This document shows, piece by piece, positions 37,016 to 38,106 of a DNA stretch of 38,106 nucleotides; within the stretch, counting starts at the first letter, position 1; each line of letters starts with the position of its first letter. The position numbers were made by a program, and so were the translations under genes. Below the pieces are notes generated by a model that saw only the letters and a program-made list of their open reading frames with translations, had not been told where the DNA came from and did no database searches. The DNA is from an uncultured Anaerolineae bacterium. GTDB lineage: Bacteria; Chloroflexota; Anaerolineae; Aggregatilineales; UBA3940. The stretch covers positions 3,080 through 41,185 of the forward strand of contig CAZWUX010000004.1 in NCBI GenBank assembly GCA_964637665.1, read 5' to 3'.

Positions 37016-37727
37016 CCCACCACTCCGCGTGCGGCATCCCGTTGTCCCGCGCCGCCTGCACGACGGCCCCCGCGTCGACCGGCGTGCGCCGCAGTTCGAT
37101 CCCCAGCCTGCCGTCTTCCCAGTTGACGAGCGCGTATTCCGCCCAGGGCGGGTTGCGGTCGCCTGTGGGGAGGCGCTCGATAGGCAGGCCGACGCTGCCC
37201 GCGTTCACGAGAATCTGCCCCCGGTAACGCCGGATCATCTGGCCGTGCGTGTGACCGCCCGCCAGCACGAGGTCGTCGAACCCGGCCAGCATCGTTTCGA
37301 GGTCGTCTTCGGGGGTCGTGGGCGAGATAATGTCGTGGAAATTGCGCGGCGATCCGTGATAGCACAGCAAGCTGGCGTCCCCGCCCAGCGCCACCCGGAT
37401 CGTCGGGCGGAAGGCCCGCAGGTAGGCGGAATCCGCCGGGCTAAGCTGCCTGACGGTCCAGAAGCCGATATCCTCAAGGCGGCGCGTCCGGTCATCCTCC
37501 GGGCGGGTCGGCACGCCGGGGTTGAGCAGCCATTCATCTGTGTTGCCCATGACGGTGGGGAAGTCGAGCGCCCGCAGCCGCTCGATCGCCTGATGCGGCT
37601 GGGGACCGAACGCGGCCACATCCCCCAGACAGATGATGCGATCCGGGCGATCAGCTTCGATGCTCGCCAGCACGGCCTCCAGCGCAAACGCGTTCCCGTG
37701 AATGTCGGAAATCAGCGCGACTCGCAT
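36999..37727 (-). CDS. metallophosphoesterase (calcineurin-like, YfcE/MJ0936-type)
   Basis: Motifs ISDIHGN, CLGDV, MGNTDEW, GGHTHGQ and NAGSVG. SD AAGGGGGA. The 3' end overlaps the convergent GT39 gene by 17 nt. Confidence 0.85.
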   Translation of the reverse strand: MRVALISDIHGNAFALEAVLASIEADRPDRIICLGDVAAFGPQPHQAIERLRALDFPTVMGNTDEWLLNPGVPTRPEDDRTRRLEDIGFWTVRQLSPADSAYLRAFRPTIRVALGGDASLLCYHGSPRNFHDIISPTTPEDDLETMLAGFDDLVLAGGHTHGQMIRRYRGQILVNAGSVGLPIERLPTGDRNPPWAEYALVNWEDGRLGIELRRTPVDAGAVVQAARDNGMPHAEWWASDWR

Positions 37728-37820
37728 CGAGTTCCCCCTTTCTCCGCTTTACGCTGACCCCATCATAGACGATTTCACAGCAGGGGGGAACAGCGCCCGC
37801 CCGGCCCTTCGCCCACCAGA

Positions 37821-37852
37821 CAAAAAACCGCCGCTCCTGTGATGGAGCGGCA
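37821..37852 (-). terminator. intrinsic terminator after the ABC ATPase gene
   Basis: Reverse strand: GCCGCUCC-aucaca-GGAGCGGC followed by GGUUUUUUG. Confidence 0.75.
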
Positions 37853-37887
37853 GTCCGGGCGAACCGTAATGAGTGGCGGGCGTGAAG

Positions 37888-38106
37888 CTAGGCGGGTTCC
37901 GCCCCCACCACCGCATCCCGGCGGACCCCGGCCATCATCAGGCCGAGTTCCCCCGCCGTCGCCTCCCCCCGCTCGACGACGCCCATGATCTCACCCTCAT
38001 AAATAACCGCGATACGATCCGATAAATTCTGAATTTCGTCGAGGTCTTCCGAGATCAACAGCGTCGCGACGCCCGCCTGACGCTGGGCGATAAGCTGTTG
38101 GTGGAT
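37888..38106 (-). CDS. ABC transporter ATP-binding protein, C-terminal 72 codons (gene starts beyond the window end)
   Basis: Reverse-strand translation, open from the window edge: IHQQLIAQRQAGVATLLISEDLDEIQNLSDRIAVIYEGEIMGVVERGEATAGELGLMMAGVRRDAVVGAEPA*. The ISEDLDE..LSDRI.V...G.I pattern is the D-loop/H-loop end of sugar/nucleoside-type ABC ATPases. Confidence 0.7.
   Translation of the reverse strand: MHQQLIAQRQAGVATLLISEDLDEIQNLSDRIAVIYEGEIMGVVERGEATAGELGLMMAGVRRDAVVGAEPA

Overview
This is a high-GC (~65%) bacterial chromosomal segment. The very large SecA, the DUF11 surface protein and the GT39 enzyme hint at a Chloroflexota- or Actinomycetota-like organism, but that taxonomy is only a guess. 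I support about 27 CDSs plus several RNA and regulatory elements.

Main content:
1. 1-10.6 kb, all on the minus strand: a corrinoid-dependent methyltransferase island. It contains a non-pyrrolysine MttB-family gene, a non-pyrrolysine MtmB-family gene, a corrinoid protein, a RACo-type reductive activase, a MetH-activation-domain-like protein, and TetR and GntR regulators. The island holds two paralogous cobalamin riboswitches. One precedes the corrinoid protein and MtmB-like genes. The other precedes an adenosine/adenine deaminase and a BMP-type ABC binding lipoprotein.
2. An orphan molybdopterin hydroxylase subunit, HPr and an SDR.
3. A metA-metY operon preceded by an unlisted 33-codon leader ORF with six Met codons in nine, followed by an intrinsic terminator. 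This is a candidate Met attenuator.
4. A large LAL-type LuxR regulator followed by a 78-aa ORF. The regulator gene and a distant 61-aa hyperacidic (W/Y)DDD-repeat peptide gene each carry a TATAAT box followed about 30 nt later by tandem GCAAAC-N5-GTTTGC palindromes.
5. Housekeeping and envelope genes: M50/CBS protease, Fpg/Nei glycosylase, tpiA, matrixin-like protease, an 884-aa DUF11 surface protein, pcm, a 1365-aa SecA with large insertions, a GT39/ArnT-like transferase, a metallophosphoesterase and a partial ABC ATPase.

I saw no rRNA, tRNA, CRISPR array, transposase or phage gene. Many long ORFs in the track are antisense or frame-shadow artefacts of high GC. All family calls rest on motif recognition by eye and no database search was run.
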